Part shown: piece by piece, positions 43,304 to 54,869 of the stretch | How positions within the stretch are numbered: the stretch's first letter is position 1 | Layout: every line of letters starts with the position of its first letter | DNA from: Octopus sinensis | Taxonomy: Eukaryota | Direction of reading: 5' to 3' | DNA length: 64,000 bases | Assembly: GCF_006345805.1 (NCBI RefSeq) | Contig: NC_043000.1 | Location: 52,886,001-52,950,000 of the forward strand | The notes under the pieces: model-generated | The model's database searches: none | Told to the model about the DNA's origin: nothing | The model's input: the letters and a program-made list of their open reading frames with translations, nothing else | Translations under genes and position numbers: made by a program

Positions 43304-43748
43304 ATATATTAATAAAAAGAATTCCAACCTTGTCTGATTTTCACGTTTTATTTACAATCTTATAATGATATATTATAAGATAATATATTATAATTGAATA
43401 AAATAAAATGAAATAGTAGAATGTTAAATATTCATTCTGATTGAACTAGTACTTTCATGCATTGAATTCTGCAATCTTCGGGTTCATGTAGTAGTGTTGA
43501 CAGTCATGCTTCACAATTTTTGACTGTGTCAAAAATTGTGAAGCATGACTGTCAACACTACTACATGAACCCGAAGATTGCAGAATTCAATGCATGAAAG
43601 TACTAGTTCAATCAGAATGAATATTTAACATTCTACTATTTCATTTTATTTTATTCAATTATAATATATTATCTTATAATATATCATTATAAGATTGTAA
43701 ATAAAACGTGAAAATCAGACAAGGTTGGAATTCTTTTTATTAATATAT
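43304..43748. repeat. Perfect long inverted repeat: two 221-bp arms with a 3-nt spacer (tgt, 43525-43527)
   Basis: Arms compared base by base with no mismatch found; (TA)n tracts lie near both ends. Confidence 0.98.
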
Positions 43749-46499
43749 ATATATATATATACATATTTCCGAACACACTAGTCCCATTTAATGACAATTA
43801 TAATTCTCATTTTGGGTGAAACATTGCAAACTGCTGTTTATATTAATTTTATAGCCGAAAAATCGAGCGGCCTTAGCAGATGAAATAACGGAAATTGTCG
43901 AAATTGGCCTCCGTATTAAGAATTCACGATCGGCATTTTTCGAAGTACTATTTACGTGTACATTACAAATATGAACGATATGTCTGTACGCATGCAATCT
44001 GAGTATATGTTATTCATTCAAGTACAAGGAGTAAAATAAATATATCATTTCGGTATGTGGTAATTTATTTGATAACTGCCATACACACACAGACATTGGC
44101 ACACATATATGTTCACGCAAACACACGCACACATATATATATACATAGAGAGATAGATAGAAAAACTGAGAGAGATAGAGGGAGAAAGTTGGTTCTGGGG
44201 GTTGAAAACGCACCTGAACCTTAAAACGTGTTGTAGTTTTTAAGTATTCTAAAAGATTTATCAAAGTACCAAACCAGTTTCAACAATATATTCATTGTCA
44301 ACAGTAACACACTTTCAAATGATTGTATTAGATTTGATGGACAGAAATATGGTACACAGGCAACAGATTCGGGACCGCATATCTATGAATGTTGCAGTAA
44401 ATAAACTCCAAAATTTTTGCCCGCAAGCAAATATCCAAAACACGAACTTTTCCCTCTGTTTTAATGCACAGGAAATACTTCAGCGCATTTTCGATTGAAT
44501 ACCAAAAATATGTTTAGTAAGTGATGTAAATCATTACTAAATACTGTATAACAAAACACTAGTATAGGAAAACTTAATTTATTCACAAAAATACCTCTAT
44601 AAGCAACAGATATAAAACAAATGTTTATGTAGCCGGTGGCGCCCGCGATTCGAAACCCTAACTCCAAACTGCTGTATAGTAATACATTGCACCTTCTCAG
44701 GCTCCAGGCTTAATCAATTAGATTTTATTTTCGGTTATACCCAGACACTCAAGAAAAAATCGTTGTGGTAACCGAGTCCAGTAGCTTCTCAAAGTAATCG
44801 ACTAGCCAGAACGCAGAAAGACAGTGACATAAAAGCAACTTAACAAGACTTTTAACAAAAACAAATAGCGTATGCAGTACACCAATGAATGAGAGCACTG
44901 GATCTGTCTTGGCCAAAACCAAGTGATTAAAACAATCGATTAACAAATGACGTGACCAGGAATTCAAGCAGAACGCTAGACTATTATCAAACATCCGAAT
45001 AATGAGTAACATATTCAGGCAGCCACCCAGTCAATATCCTAGACCATAGGAGAACAAAAACAAGTGACGTCATTGAGTTTACAATTAGTCATATTTTGAA
45101 ACTCTTAAAACCTACTTATACTAAGTAATTTCAGCTTACAACTGCTGAAACACTCACAAGCAAAACCTGTGACAAAGAAACCGCCTTCATGCACTACAAA
45201 ATTAATTAGCAATAAAACTCAATGTGAATGAACTTTCAGTCATTTATGGTTGTTATGAAAGTCATCGAACATCTGAACAGTTATTTCTATCTAGCTCTGT
45301 GAAACGTAATAAATATTGGAATTTGTATAAATTTTTGATCGTTTAAACATAATTTTTTTCCGAAGTTTTCCTTGTATATTCAATCTCCCCTAATCTTCTT
45401 TTATTTACCATTGAAACACAAAAATTGGTCAAAAGTAAATTCAGGTGCATTTTTCAACCTCCCAAACCGACTCTTTCTCTCTTTCTCTCTCTCTCTCTCA
45501 GTTACACACACACACACACAAACACGTTATATGAATATATAAGGCTGCCTCTTTAAATTTCTGAATTATAATTTTTATACAAATCAGAAATATTGATGCT
45601 TCTTTTGCTGCTGTTTAATTTCAAGTCACACATAATTAAGCAAACCATTGCCCAACTGTGTTTTAGTAGTGAACTACCATACTATACTACATTGTGTAAT
45701 GAGTCCTTTACTCAAATCGTAAGATATAACCCGAAGGAAATGTAGATATTTTCAGAATATAATTGGGAATATTACTGACAACATCAATAATTTTTCAGTG
45801 TTATGCCTGTTTCTCTCTTTGTAAGAATTCAAAATTATTTCAATATTCGTTACAAATCCTGATAATTCGGCTAATATTACTGTACTATTTGGCCCGTTCA
45901 TAATTTTATAAAGATATAATGGTGCATTTCTTTTCACAAACGTTGTTATACAAATTTTAATTTCTTTATATAGATTATTTCCTTGAATAATAATATTCCA
46001 CGAATTTATATATATTACCTTGAGACTATTTCTTTTAGACCTGTTTTTTTACATGTTGCTGTTTAGGAATACATTCACCAGAACATACACGATAGAGCTG
46101 GTCTACAACTAAAGACATTCCGTGAGTTTCTCTCCTTTTGGAAATCTAGGATACGTTTTTTTTTTTATTTTGAATATAAAGCCATATACTTGAGCGAATT
46201 TAAATGATATATCTACAAGCTCCTACCCTATCAAAGTAATCATGTTTGCATAGCTTGAAATATATTTACATTACAGCTGGCGTTCAACTTCATTTCGCAT
46301 AATTTAGCTATTCCAACTTTTACCGTGTGTTTTTATATGCAGTTCTTGCTCCTGTACTCATATATAGAATAGATAAAGTGCATGTCACAGATTCATAGGA
46401 CTCTTACTGCCTTTAGCATTTTACTGCTGCTCTCTTTTTATAAGTATGCCGGGTTCAGTAACTTAATTATTAAAATATTCCCCACCGAGGTCACTCGCA

Positions 46500-46790
46500 C
46501 AACAAACGCAGAATCTGCTGGAAAGAAAACAAATGTATCGATCACCTTTTGAATGAGTGCAGTATAATAGCACAAAATGAGTTTGAATACTACCTAAAAT
46601 CCTGAAAGAAATTGAAACTATAACTCGGGTTGCAGACCTGCAGGAAAGTACTCTCCTATATTCTACAAGAATCCTGAGGTAGAATCTTGAGATTGGAGGA
46701 GACATGTTTTCACGTAAAACCAAAATAGAATAATTATAAATAAATGTAGCACACCCTGGTGTAACAACAACAACCATAATAATAATAATT
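46500..46790 (+). mobile_element. R4/Dong-type LINE 3' relic, internally deleted
   Basis: RICWKENKCIDHLLNECSIIAQNEF (degenerate CCHC) and KEIETITRVADLQESTLLYSTRILR* (C-terminus), followed by a caa/taa triplet tail. Confidence 0.65.
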
Positions 46791-46794
46791 TCTT

Positions 46795-46970
46795 CTATAG
46801 GCACAGAGCTTGAAATTTTGCGGAAGCTTTGAACAGGTACTCATTTTTGTTGACCCCGAAAGAATGAAAGGCAAATCCGGCCTCGGTGGGATTTGAAAAC
46901 AGAAGGTAAAGATGGAGGAAAAATAGCGCAAAACATTTTGCTCAGCGTACTAGCGACTCTGTTACTACGC
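46795..46970 (-). mobile_element. tRNA-derived SINE
   Basis: gaccccgaaagaatgaaaggcaaatccggcctcggtgggatttgaa body; same family as 2185-2338. Confidence 0.75.
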
Positions 46971-47006
46971 CTTATTATCATTATTATTATTATTATTATT
47001 ATTATT

Positions 47007-48281
47007 CAGTAGTTTTATTTTTATAGCGTGCTTTCATTTCACTACCGAGCACAGCTCTGTGTGCCTTGGGTATGTGCTTTGATTTGTTGTGATGCTCTGA
47101 TGGTTATTGTAGGATGTGTTATGCGTAGGGTGTGTGCAGTGCCTAGTAGTGCAATTTTCTGTATGTTATATGTGTTTGTAAGTCCTGGTGTTTTTGTCAT
47201 GTATTTGTCTGAATATTTTTTTATCATGCCTAATGCACCTACTATGATAGGAATTGTTTCTGTTTTCAGATTCCACATTCTAGTTACCTCTATTTCCAGG
47301 TCTTTGTATTTTGAGAGTTTCTCCATTTCTTTTAGAGACACGTTGTCATCAGCCGGTATTGATACATCAATTAGAAAGCATTTTTTTCTTCATGATCTCT
47401 GACAACTATATCTGGTCTGTTGGCCTTAATTTCTCTATCTGTGTGTATCGGCATATCCCAGAGTATGGTTGCTTTCTCGTTTACTGTGACCTTTTCTGGT
47501 GTGTGTCTATACCATCTTTTTTCTGTTGTTATTCCATAATGTTGGCATAGCTTCCAATGTATGTAGGTTCCAACTCTGTCATGTCTGTGAATATATTCCT
47601 TCTTAGCCAAGACTGGGCAGCTAGAGATAATATGACTTATTGTTTCTTATCCATCTCCACATATTCTGCAGTTACTTGTAATATTTCTTTTCATTACATG
47701 TTTTTGGTAATTTCTGGTGGGGAGGCTTTGGTCTTGTGCTGCAATTAAAAATCCCTCTGTTTCTGCTTTGAGTTCTGAGCTTCTCAACCATTGCTGGGAT
47801 TTTTCTTTGTCTATTTCTTTTGCGTTTAGTTTAGTCCAGTATTTACCATGAAGGGGCTTTTCTTGCCATCGTTTTATCATGGTTCGTTGCTGTTCTATTT
47901 TTAGTTTGGATTTCATTTGTTTTATAGCTTTTGTTGTTTCTTCATCTTCTTCTTCTTCTTCATGTTATTAGGTGGTATGATTTCTTGTTTGTATTTGTCA
48001 GCTTCCTTAAATACTGAGAACAGTTTTTTGTTTTGCTCGTGTTTTGCCGCTATCTAGATCAGTTTTCCTTCCTTCTGAAGTAGATATTTTTGCAGTCCTA
48101 TGGTGGTTATTTTATAGTAGTTTTCCAGCTGTATAAGGCCTCTACCACCTTCTATACGTTGTATATATAGTCTTTCTATGTCAGATTTTGGGTGATGCAT
48201 CCTAGATCCTGTCATTATTTTTCTTGTTTTCCTATCTATTTTGGTCAGTTCATTTCGTGTCCAGTTAAGGATATTGTAGCT

Positions 48282-48282
<1 letters not shown>
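47007..48282 (-). mobile_element. 5'-truncated R4/Dong-type LINE, frameshifted
   Basis: ORF pieces 47647-47916, 47371-47610 and 47042-47341 encode WQEKPLHGKY...AAQDQSLPTRNY...CRICG, RHDRVGTYIHW and NRPDIVV. Both ends abut (TAA)n. Confidence 0.93.
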
Positions 48283-48354
<72 letters not shown>

Positions 48355-48429
48355 CATCATCATCATTATCATTATTATTAATATTGATATTGTTATTATT
48401 ATTATATTATTATTATTATTATTATTATT
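48283..48429. repeat. (TAA/ATT)n microsatellite between the two R4/Dong elements
   Basis: Directly visible, with a few CAT/GAT interruptions. Confidence 0.97.
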
Positions 48430-51400
48430 CTATGTTTGACTTTTGCTTTATATTTGTACAAGTTGGCTCCAAGTCTCACCCAGAGACCTCAAGAGACAAC
48501 AGGGTTGGAAGTTCATGTTGTTGTTATGCCTAGTGTGCCATATATTTGGGGGGTGGGGATGTTGTACTAATGAATGTCTAAAAAAAAAAGTTTTTTTTTT
48601 TGTTTTTTTTTTAACCGAAAATGATGGTTGTTTTAAACCTTGAGGTTACATAGAGAGTATTTTGCGTAGGATATGAGCAGTTCCCATGAGCACTATCTTC
48701 TGAACTTCTGCCATTTTTGGGTTTCCTGGTATCTGAGTTAGGTAGCTATCAGCCCCTTTTGCTATCATTCCCAGGGCACCTATGACAACAGGTATTGTTT
48801 TAGTCTTCAGCTTCCACATTTTGCTGATTTCTATTTCAAGATCTTTATATTTGCTCAGTTTTTGGTAGGTCCTGACAGATACGTTTATATCGATTGGGAC
48901 AGTCATATCAATGAGGAGGCATGTTCTTTGTTTGAAGTCTTTCAATATGATGTCTGGCCTATTTGCATCTATCTTCCTGTCAGTTTGAATGGTGAAGTTC
49001 CAGAGGAGTGAGATGTGGTCATTTTCAAGCACTGGGGGTGGTTTGTGTTCCCACCAGTTTTTTTCATGGGGCAAATCCAGGTTTTTACAGATTACCCAGT
49101 GAATATATTGTGCAGCTCTATCGTGCCTGTTGAGATACTCTGTAGGCGCTAGAAGACTGCACTTGGAGACCACATGGTCAATGGTTTCATTTTGTTGCTT
49201 GCATACACGACACGTTGGACTGCTTCTGATCTTTAATATGTTGGCCTGGTAGTTTCTTGTTGGTAGGCATTGATCTTGAGCTGCTATGATAAACCCCTCT
49301 GTTTCCGATTTTAAGCCAGAGGCCATTAGCCATTGATGGGTCAGGGCTTTGTCGATATCTGCATTATTCGCTCTCTTTGGGTATTTGCCATAGAGAGGTT
49401 TTTCTTGCCATTTATTATTCAGAATATCTAAGGCCGCAGTTTTGGCACGGGTTTTCATGCGCCTAGCTTTTTCTGTGCTTGTTTCTTGTATGTCTATCTC
49501 TAATTCCGAAATTGGTTGTATTCGGAATTCACTTAGATATTCCTTTGCCTGTTTTGTGACTGAGTATGATGCTTTCTTGTTTTCATGTTTTGAGACAAGT
49601 TTTAACATCCAGTCCTCAGAGTTTTTCAGGTAGGTGTCTAGGCCAATTGTAGCAATCTTCATTGTTATTGCCAGTTGCAAAAGACCACGGCCTCCCTCTT
49701 TTCTTGGCAGATAGAGTCGTTCTGTATCTGCCTTAGGGTGGTGCATTCTATGCATTGTCAACAGTTTCCTTATTTTTCTGTCGAGCTGACATATTTCAGT
49801 AATTGACCAGTTAACAATATTGAAACTGTAAGTCACGACTGGTATAGCTAATGCATTGATTGCTTCGTTCCTGTTTCTTGCATTCAGCTCTGTCTTGAGT
49901 ATTGCTCTCACTCTTCGATAGCATTCTCTCCTGATCCTTTCCTTCATCTCTGAATGCCTTATTCCGTTCCCTTCAATTACCCCTAGGTACTTGTAGCTCT
50001 CCGCTGGGTCTAGTTCTTTTATGACATTCTGTTGGTCAAGGTTAACGTTAGATGTTTCTGTCATTTTTCCTTTGATAAAGGTAGCCTTTGCACATTTATC
50101 GAGGCCGAATTGCATTCTGATGTCGTCACTGAATTGTTTGACTATCGCTAGTAAGCCCTTGAGTTGTTGATCATTTTTTGCAAAAAGCTTTAAATCATCC
50201 ATGTAAACGAGATGATTTATATTTTTATCAAACATTTTATACCCGTACTGCGCGTCATTGAGCAGCTTTGAGAGAGGTATTAAGGATAAACAAAAGAGGA
50301 GTGGTGACAGTGAGTCACCCTGGAAAATCCCACACGAAATTTTTACATCACCAGCATTTAGGGATTCACTGTCACTGTTCAGAGTTAGTGTGGTTCTCCA
50401 TGATCTCATACTTACAGTCAAGAAGTTTCGCAGAGTTGGTGCTATCTTATACATTTCAAGGCATTTCCTAATCCAGCTATGTGGTAGGCTATCAAAAGCC
50501 TTTTTATAGTCTATCCAGGCTATTGATAAGTTTTTGTGTCGTTTGTGACAATCTTCTAAGATCATCTTATTGATGAGTAGTTGGTCTTTACAGCCGTAGG
50601 ATCCACGTTTACATCCTTTCTGTTCATTAGGGAATATGCTGCTGTCTGTTAAAAAACTATAGGTATATTCCGTCAGGACAGATGTTAGTGTTTTGTACAT
50701 AGTTGTTAAGCAGGTTATGGGTCTATAGTTTTTTGGTTCATTTATTTCTTCACTTTTTGGAAGCAGGAATGTTAACCCATTAACTAGCCAAGGAGGCATC
50801 CTACTAGGGTGTTGCAAAACATCATTGTACAGTTCTGTTAGCAGTTCATGGCTCTCTGGGAAGGCATTCAGCCAGAAGTTAGGAATTTTATCCTTTCCTG
50901 GAGACTTCCATTTGCTTGACCTCCTGAGAGCAGATCTTATATCTTCTACCTTGACACCCTCCCACTTTTGCTCTTCTAAGGGGTCCAGTTCTGTAGATAT
51001 TCTGGCAATCCAGGGGGCCTTTTCGTTGTGTGTTTTTTCTTCTGCCCAGATTTTATTCCAAAATCTCTGCACTTCTTCTTTTGATGGTACAGACCCTGCA
51101 GTAAACGCTGTTTTTCCTATCTTCCTGTAAAAATTCTTGGTGTTATTTTTGTTGTCCTTGAAAAATCTAACACGCTTTTCATACCTCGCTATGCGGGCAG
51201 CTTTGGCAGATACCTTTTGTTTGATGGTTTCTATGGTGGCATCAATATCAAGTATAGTTTTCATATTGTATTTTTTCAGTAATTTTTGGGTTTTTGTAGG
51301 TTTGGTAGTCTTGTGAGCCTTAAGGTTTTTCAAATATTCAATGTCAGATCTAAATACTTTAATTTGTTGTTGCAGACGCTCTTGCCAAGAAGGCTTTTTG

Positions 51401-52233
51401 TGGGACTGTTGCCGTTTTCTAATCTTTACACCACATAGGATCGTTGAGATTTTCGCGGATGCATAGTATAGGTGGTTGAGGTTTGTGATATCAACATCAT
51501 TAACTGAAATTATATCCTTAAGTGCAAGCCGGATTTTACCAATTATTTTCATGTTTTGGTGAGAGTTGCGGATTTTAGGAAGTGTATCACGCTCATCCAT
51601 GCTGGTTTCTTTAATTTTCAGCCATTCAATCATGATTTGATTTTTTAGCTCATGTAGTTCTGTTGGGTCAATATTTGTGTGACTTTCTTTATCTATTTGA
51701 TGCTCATCTGTCTTAGTGTTTATGATTGGTTCAGGGCGTATTTCACTTTGCCTATCACTTATACTAACTCTTTCAATCCTCTCTTCGTTTTTATCCGCCC
51801 TGGGCTGGTCTATAATCATTTCCTCTGTATTATCTTCTCTAGCTGCAGCTTCGTTCATTTTATCCGATATTGCTTGTCTAACCTGATCAATCTCTACTTC
51901 AGTCAGTAATTTCTTTTTTATAATGTTTCTTCTAACATTGGCAAGCTTGTTACTGTCTATGTAGGGTCTTACTTCAGGGTGTTTCTGTCTCCAGTTTAAG
52001 TATGCTTGTACAGTGCTAGACTTATCTGTGGGGAAATATATGGCATGGTAGAAGGCCTCAAGAACTTCTTTATTATCTTCCCTAGACCATTTTTCCTTCT
52101 TTTTCTTTTGATTATTTGGTGGTGAGCATGGATGGCCATCTGTTGGAATATTCCGGTTGTGGGGTTCGTCCAGCTCCTGTGTGTTGGGAAGATTTGATCC
52201 AGTAACTGATTTTTCAATCAGGATTTGGTTCAA
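48430..52233 (-). mobile_element. Near full-length R4/Dong-clade RLE non-LTR retrotransposon inserted in (TAA)n
   Basis: Single long ORF plus a ~215-nt 3' UTR ending ...caaacataga before (ATA)n; (TAA)n on both flanks. Confidence 0.95.
48646..52233 (-). CDS. Retrotransposon polyprotein: Myb-like N-terminus, RT, CCHC zinc knuckle, PD-(D/E)xK restriction-like endonuclease (1195 aa, uninterrupted)
   Basis: KWSREDNKEVLEAFY; KSPGKDKIPNFW; NYRPITCL; WIDYKKAFDS; GIFQGDSLSPLLF; YMDDLKLF; YKYLG; CRVCKQQNETIDHVVSKC; RHD; RPDIILKD...LIDMTVP...KLSKY. Confidence 0.96.
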   Translation of the reverse strand: MNQILIEKSVTGSNLPNTQELDEPHNRNIPTDGHPCSPPNNQKKKKEKWSREDNKEVLEAFYHAIYFPTDKSSTVQAYLNWRQKHPEVRPYIDSNKLANVRRNIIKKKLLTEVEIDQVRQAISDKMNEAAAREDNTEEMIIDQPRADKNEERIERVSISDRQSEIRPEPIINTKTDEHQIDKESHTNIDPTELHELKNQIMIEWLKIKETSMDERDTLPKIRNSHQNMKIIGKIRLALKDIISVNDVDITNLNHLYYASAKISTILCGVKIRKRQQSHKKPSWQERLQQQIKVFRSDIEYLKNLKAHKTTKPTKTQKLLKKYNMKTILDIDATIETIKQKVSAKAARIARYEKRVRFFKDNKNNTKNFYRKIGKTAFTAGSVPSKEEVQRFWNKIWAEEKTHNEKAPWIARISTELDPLEEQKWEGVKVEDIRSALRRSSKWKSPGKDKIPNFWLNAFPESHELLTELYNDVLQHPSRMPPWLVNGLTFLLPKSEEINEPKNYRPITCLTTMYKTLTSVLTEYTYSFLTDSSIFPNEQKGCKRGSYGCKDQLLINKMILEDCHKRHKNLSIAWIDYKKAFDSLPHSWIRKCLEMYKIAPTLRNFLTVSMRSWRTTLTLNSDSESLNAGDVKISCGIFQGDSLSPLLFCLSLIPLSKLLNDAQYGYKMFDKNINHLVYMDDLKLFAKNDQQLKGLLAIVKQFSDDIRMQFGLDKCAKATFIKGKMTETSNVNLDQQNVIKELDPAESYKYLGVIEGNGIRHSEMKERIRRECYRRVRAILKTELNARNRNEAINALAIPVVTYSFNIVNWSITEICQLDRKIRKLLTMHRMHHPKADTERLYLPRKEGGRGLLQLAITMKIATIGLDTYLKNSEDWMLKLVSKHENKKASYSVTKQAKEYLSEFRIQPISELEIDIQETSTEKARRMKTRAKTAALDILNNKWQEKPLYGKYPKRANNADIDKALTHQWLMASGLKSETEGFIIAAQDQCLPTRNYQANILKIRSSPTCRVCKQQNETIDHVVSKCSLLAPTEYLNRHDRAAQYIHWVICKNLDLPHEKNWWEHKPPPVLENDHISLLWNFTIQTDRKIDANRPDIILKDFKQRTCLLIDMTVPIDINVSVRTYQKLSKYKDLEIEISKMWKLKTKTIPVVIGALGMIAKGADSYLTQIPGNPKMAEVQKIVLMGTAHILRKILSM

Positions 52234-52251
52234 TTATTATTATTATTATTA

Positions 52252-52324
<73 letters not shown>
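52234..52324. repeat. (TAA/ATT)n microsatellite, 5' flank of the intact element
   Basis: Directly visible. Confidence 0.97.
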
Positions 52325-52326
<2 letters not shown>

Positions 52327-53052
52327 ATGATTGATGTTAAGTCGCTTGTTTTGGTGCTCCTGGCAAGTCGAACACCGTAGCAAATTTTTACAGTTCAAAT
52401 TAAATGAACATGCTGTTTTATCTCATTTGACCTAATAAAAAGTAGGATATTCTGAACAAAGTGTCGGTTAATGAAAATTCTTCCTTTGTCAGGAGACAAA
52501 CAAGAAAAGAAAATTATTGAAAAAACCATAACCTTATTAGCAATAAAAGCAATTTAGTTTTCATGTCTTTTCTTCTTGTATTGTCGCTGATATCTCATAC
52601 AAATTCAAAGTAGGTGAATTAGTACAGAGAAGCTTAGTTTGTCATAGTTTTTTTTTTAAAGAAAGATGGATGCCTTTTTTCCTCCATCCCCCGAATTATT
52701 AAAAAAACTTCGAATAAAAGAAAATCAATGTGTATACCCCGCCTTCAGTACTGGGTCTTTTATTTTACGTGAAATTGATGCAATTAATACTACTACTTAA
52801 ATTGGATCACTCAATGTGTGTCTTTAGCTATCTAGATTTTAGAAATGAGAAGAAAGCAAACAAATAAGTCGAGTAGCTATGATGCACACCTATCTATAAC
52901 ATTTTACCACAGTACTACAGAGAGAAAACACAAGAGTCTCGGTTCAAATGAAAATTAAGACTTTGATTTTTGATTCGACATAAGTTGCAGACGAGACTAC
53001 GGAGACGAAATTGAAAGAAGATAATGATGATGATGATGATGATGATGATGTT

Positions 53053-53083
<31 letters not shown>

Positions 53084-53305
53084 TTAATAACAACAATAAT
53101 AATAATAATAATAATAAATAAAAATAAAGATAATATGCTGCAACTACTACTATTCTGATAACAGGAATCTGAGGCCCAACTACCACTTCTACCACTAACT
53201 CCACAATGGAAGCAGAATATTGTGAATAACGGTGGTAATGAAACTGATGCCATTGAGGATGACAATGTTGCACCCGGCAATAGTGATATTAAACATTTTA
53301 TTAAT

Positions 53306-53452
53306 ATTGGTTTCAAATTTTGGCACAGGGCCAGCAATTTTGCCCGTCGAACTTTCAGGGTCGATAAAGGAAGCAGCAGTTGAGTATTAGGGTCGATGTA
53401 ATCGACTTGTTTCCCTGGAGTTACTTGCTTTGGTCCAAACTTTGAAATCAAT
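53306..53452. mobile_element. SINE-derived segment with SINE 3' ends in inverted orientation
   Basis: attggtttcaaattttggcac ... gtccaaactttgaaatcaat, enclosing the agggtcgatgtaatcgac body. Confidence 0.6.
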
Positions 53453-54009
53453 ATCATTTGCATAATGTGAATTGTTTAAAAGTCTTACTTATTCTTTAAC
53501 CTGTACTGTGCACGAAGATCTCATTCATGTATGCATTATTACCTTTGTTTTGACGTTAAATAGTATTTTAGAGTATCAATCTTGACAGTGAGGTGTCATT
53601 TGTTTGGTAAAAACTATGAATTGCATATTTGTGGAATAACGAAATGCGTCGTTAAGCAATACTAAACTTATTCATATTTCTGCTTCCAACGTGCACATCA
53701 CACTAGTACATGCTAAATAAATGCATTCTATCAGATTTCCTTTTATGTTATTTGTTTCTTTATGTGATTTAGCCACAACTTGGATTTCATGGAGTATACA
53801 TACACAGAATGGCATTCTAGCCATAGCTTACCTTCTTGCTCACAAGAAAACTGGATTACATTAATATTGCGTGATTTTAGGATATTAAGGCGTGATGAGA
53901 AGTAATAGGCTCCATAATAACCTTGATGATGATGATGGCGGTGATGAAGATGATGGCGATGACGATGATGATGATGATGATGATGATGATGAGGGGGAAG
54001 AGGAAAATA

Positions 54010-54450
54010 AACCCTTGTATTATAGTCATAGGGTGTGAAATTGTGTGCTAGGAGATTATATTCACACTAGTACTTGACTGATATTTGTTTTATCGACCAC
54101 GAAAGGTTAAAAGGCAAAGTCCACCATGATGACATTTGAACTCAGAAGACAAAGTCGGACGAAATAACGCTATGTATTTTCCCCAGTGCACTGAAGATCC
54201 TTCCAGGTCACCGTCTTCATAATAATATTAATCATTTCGACTATAGGCGCAAAGATTGAAACTTTGAGGAAAGAGCAGGTCGATCTCATCAACCCCAATA
54301 CTTGACTGGTAGTTATTTATCGACCCCAAGAGAATGCAAAGCAAAGCCATCCTCGGCGGAATTTGCGTTTAGGACGCGAGGAGACGGAAGAAAGACCGCT
54401 TTGCATTTTTGCCGGCGCGCAAACAATTTTACGAGCACATTTGAGTGTAG
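54010..54450 (-). mobile_element. Two adjacent tRNA-derived SINE copies
   Basis: The ttatcgacc...aaaggcaaag...atttg body occurs twice (about 54090 and 54320). Confidence 0.7.
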
Positions 54451-54869
54451 GGATTACTTGATATCATCGAGCCCACAACTTAATGAGTATCAGCGAAATT
54501 AGTGCAATACTCCTTGTATCATAATATTCATTTCTGTTTCGCAGAATTACTATTTATCGGAGATTGTTTTACACGAGCTTCTGCCCTGCTAATATATAAA
54601 CGGTTCACACATACATTGCTGGCTTTATACGCAGCTTTTCGATAAATGTAATGTTGGGTTATTTATTATTATCAAATACTCAGATCTCTTATTTTTAATA
54701 ATACATAAACGCTCACAGTATTTCCAATTTCAAATATTTCAAATATTATTACTAATCTCTTTTGTATATTCTGTCTCCGCCTATAGTTCTCATCCAGCAA
54801 ATAGCGTATGTATAGATCTAGTGATAGATTAATATTTGTAGATTGATTAGATGCCGTCAACATAGCTGT

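Noticed and set aside
49442-52217. Short ORFs inside the retrotransposon (49442, 50258, 50268, 50825, 51679, 51996)
   Set aside because: Antisense or alternate-frame shadows of the 1195-aa ORF.
52915-53463. 182-aa minus ORF with poly-Ile
   Set aside because: Built from (ATT)n/(ATC)n repeats and SINE sequence.
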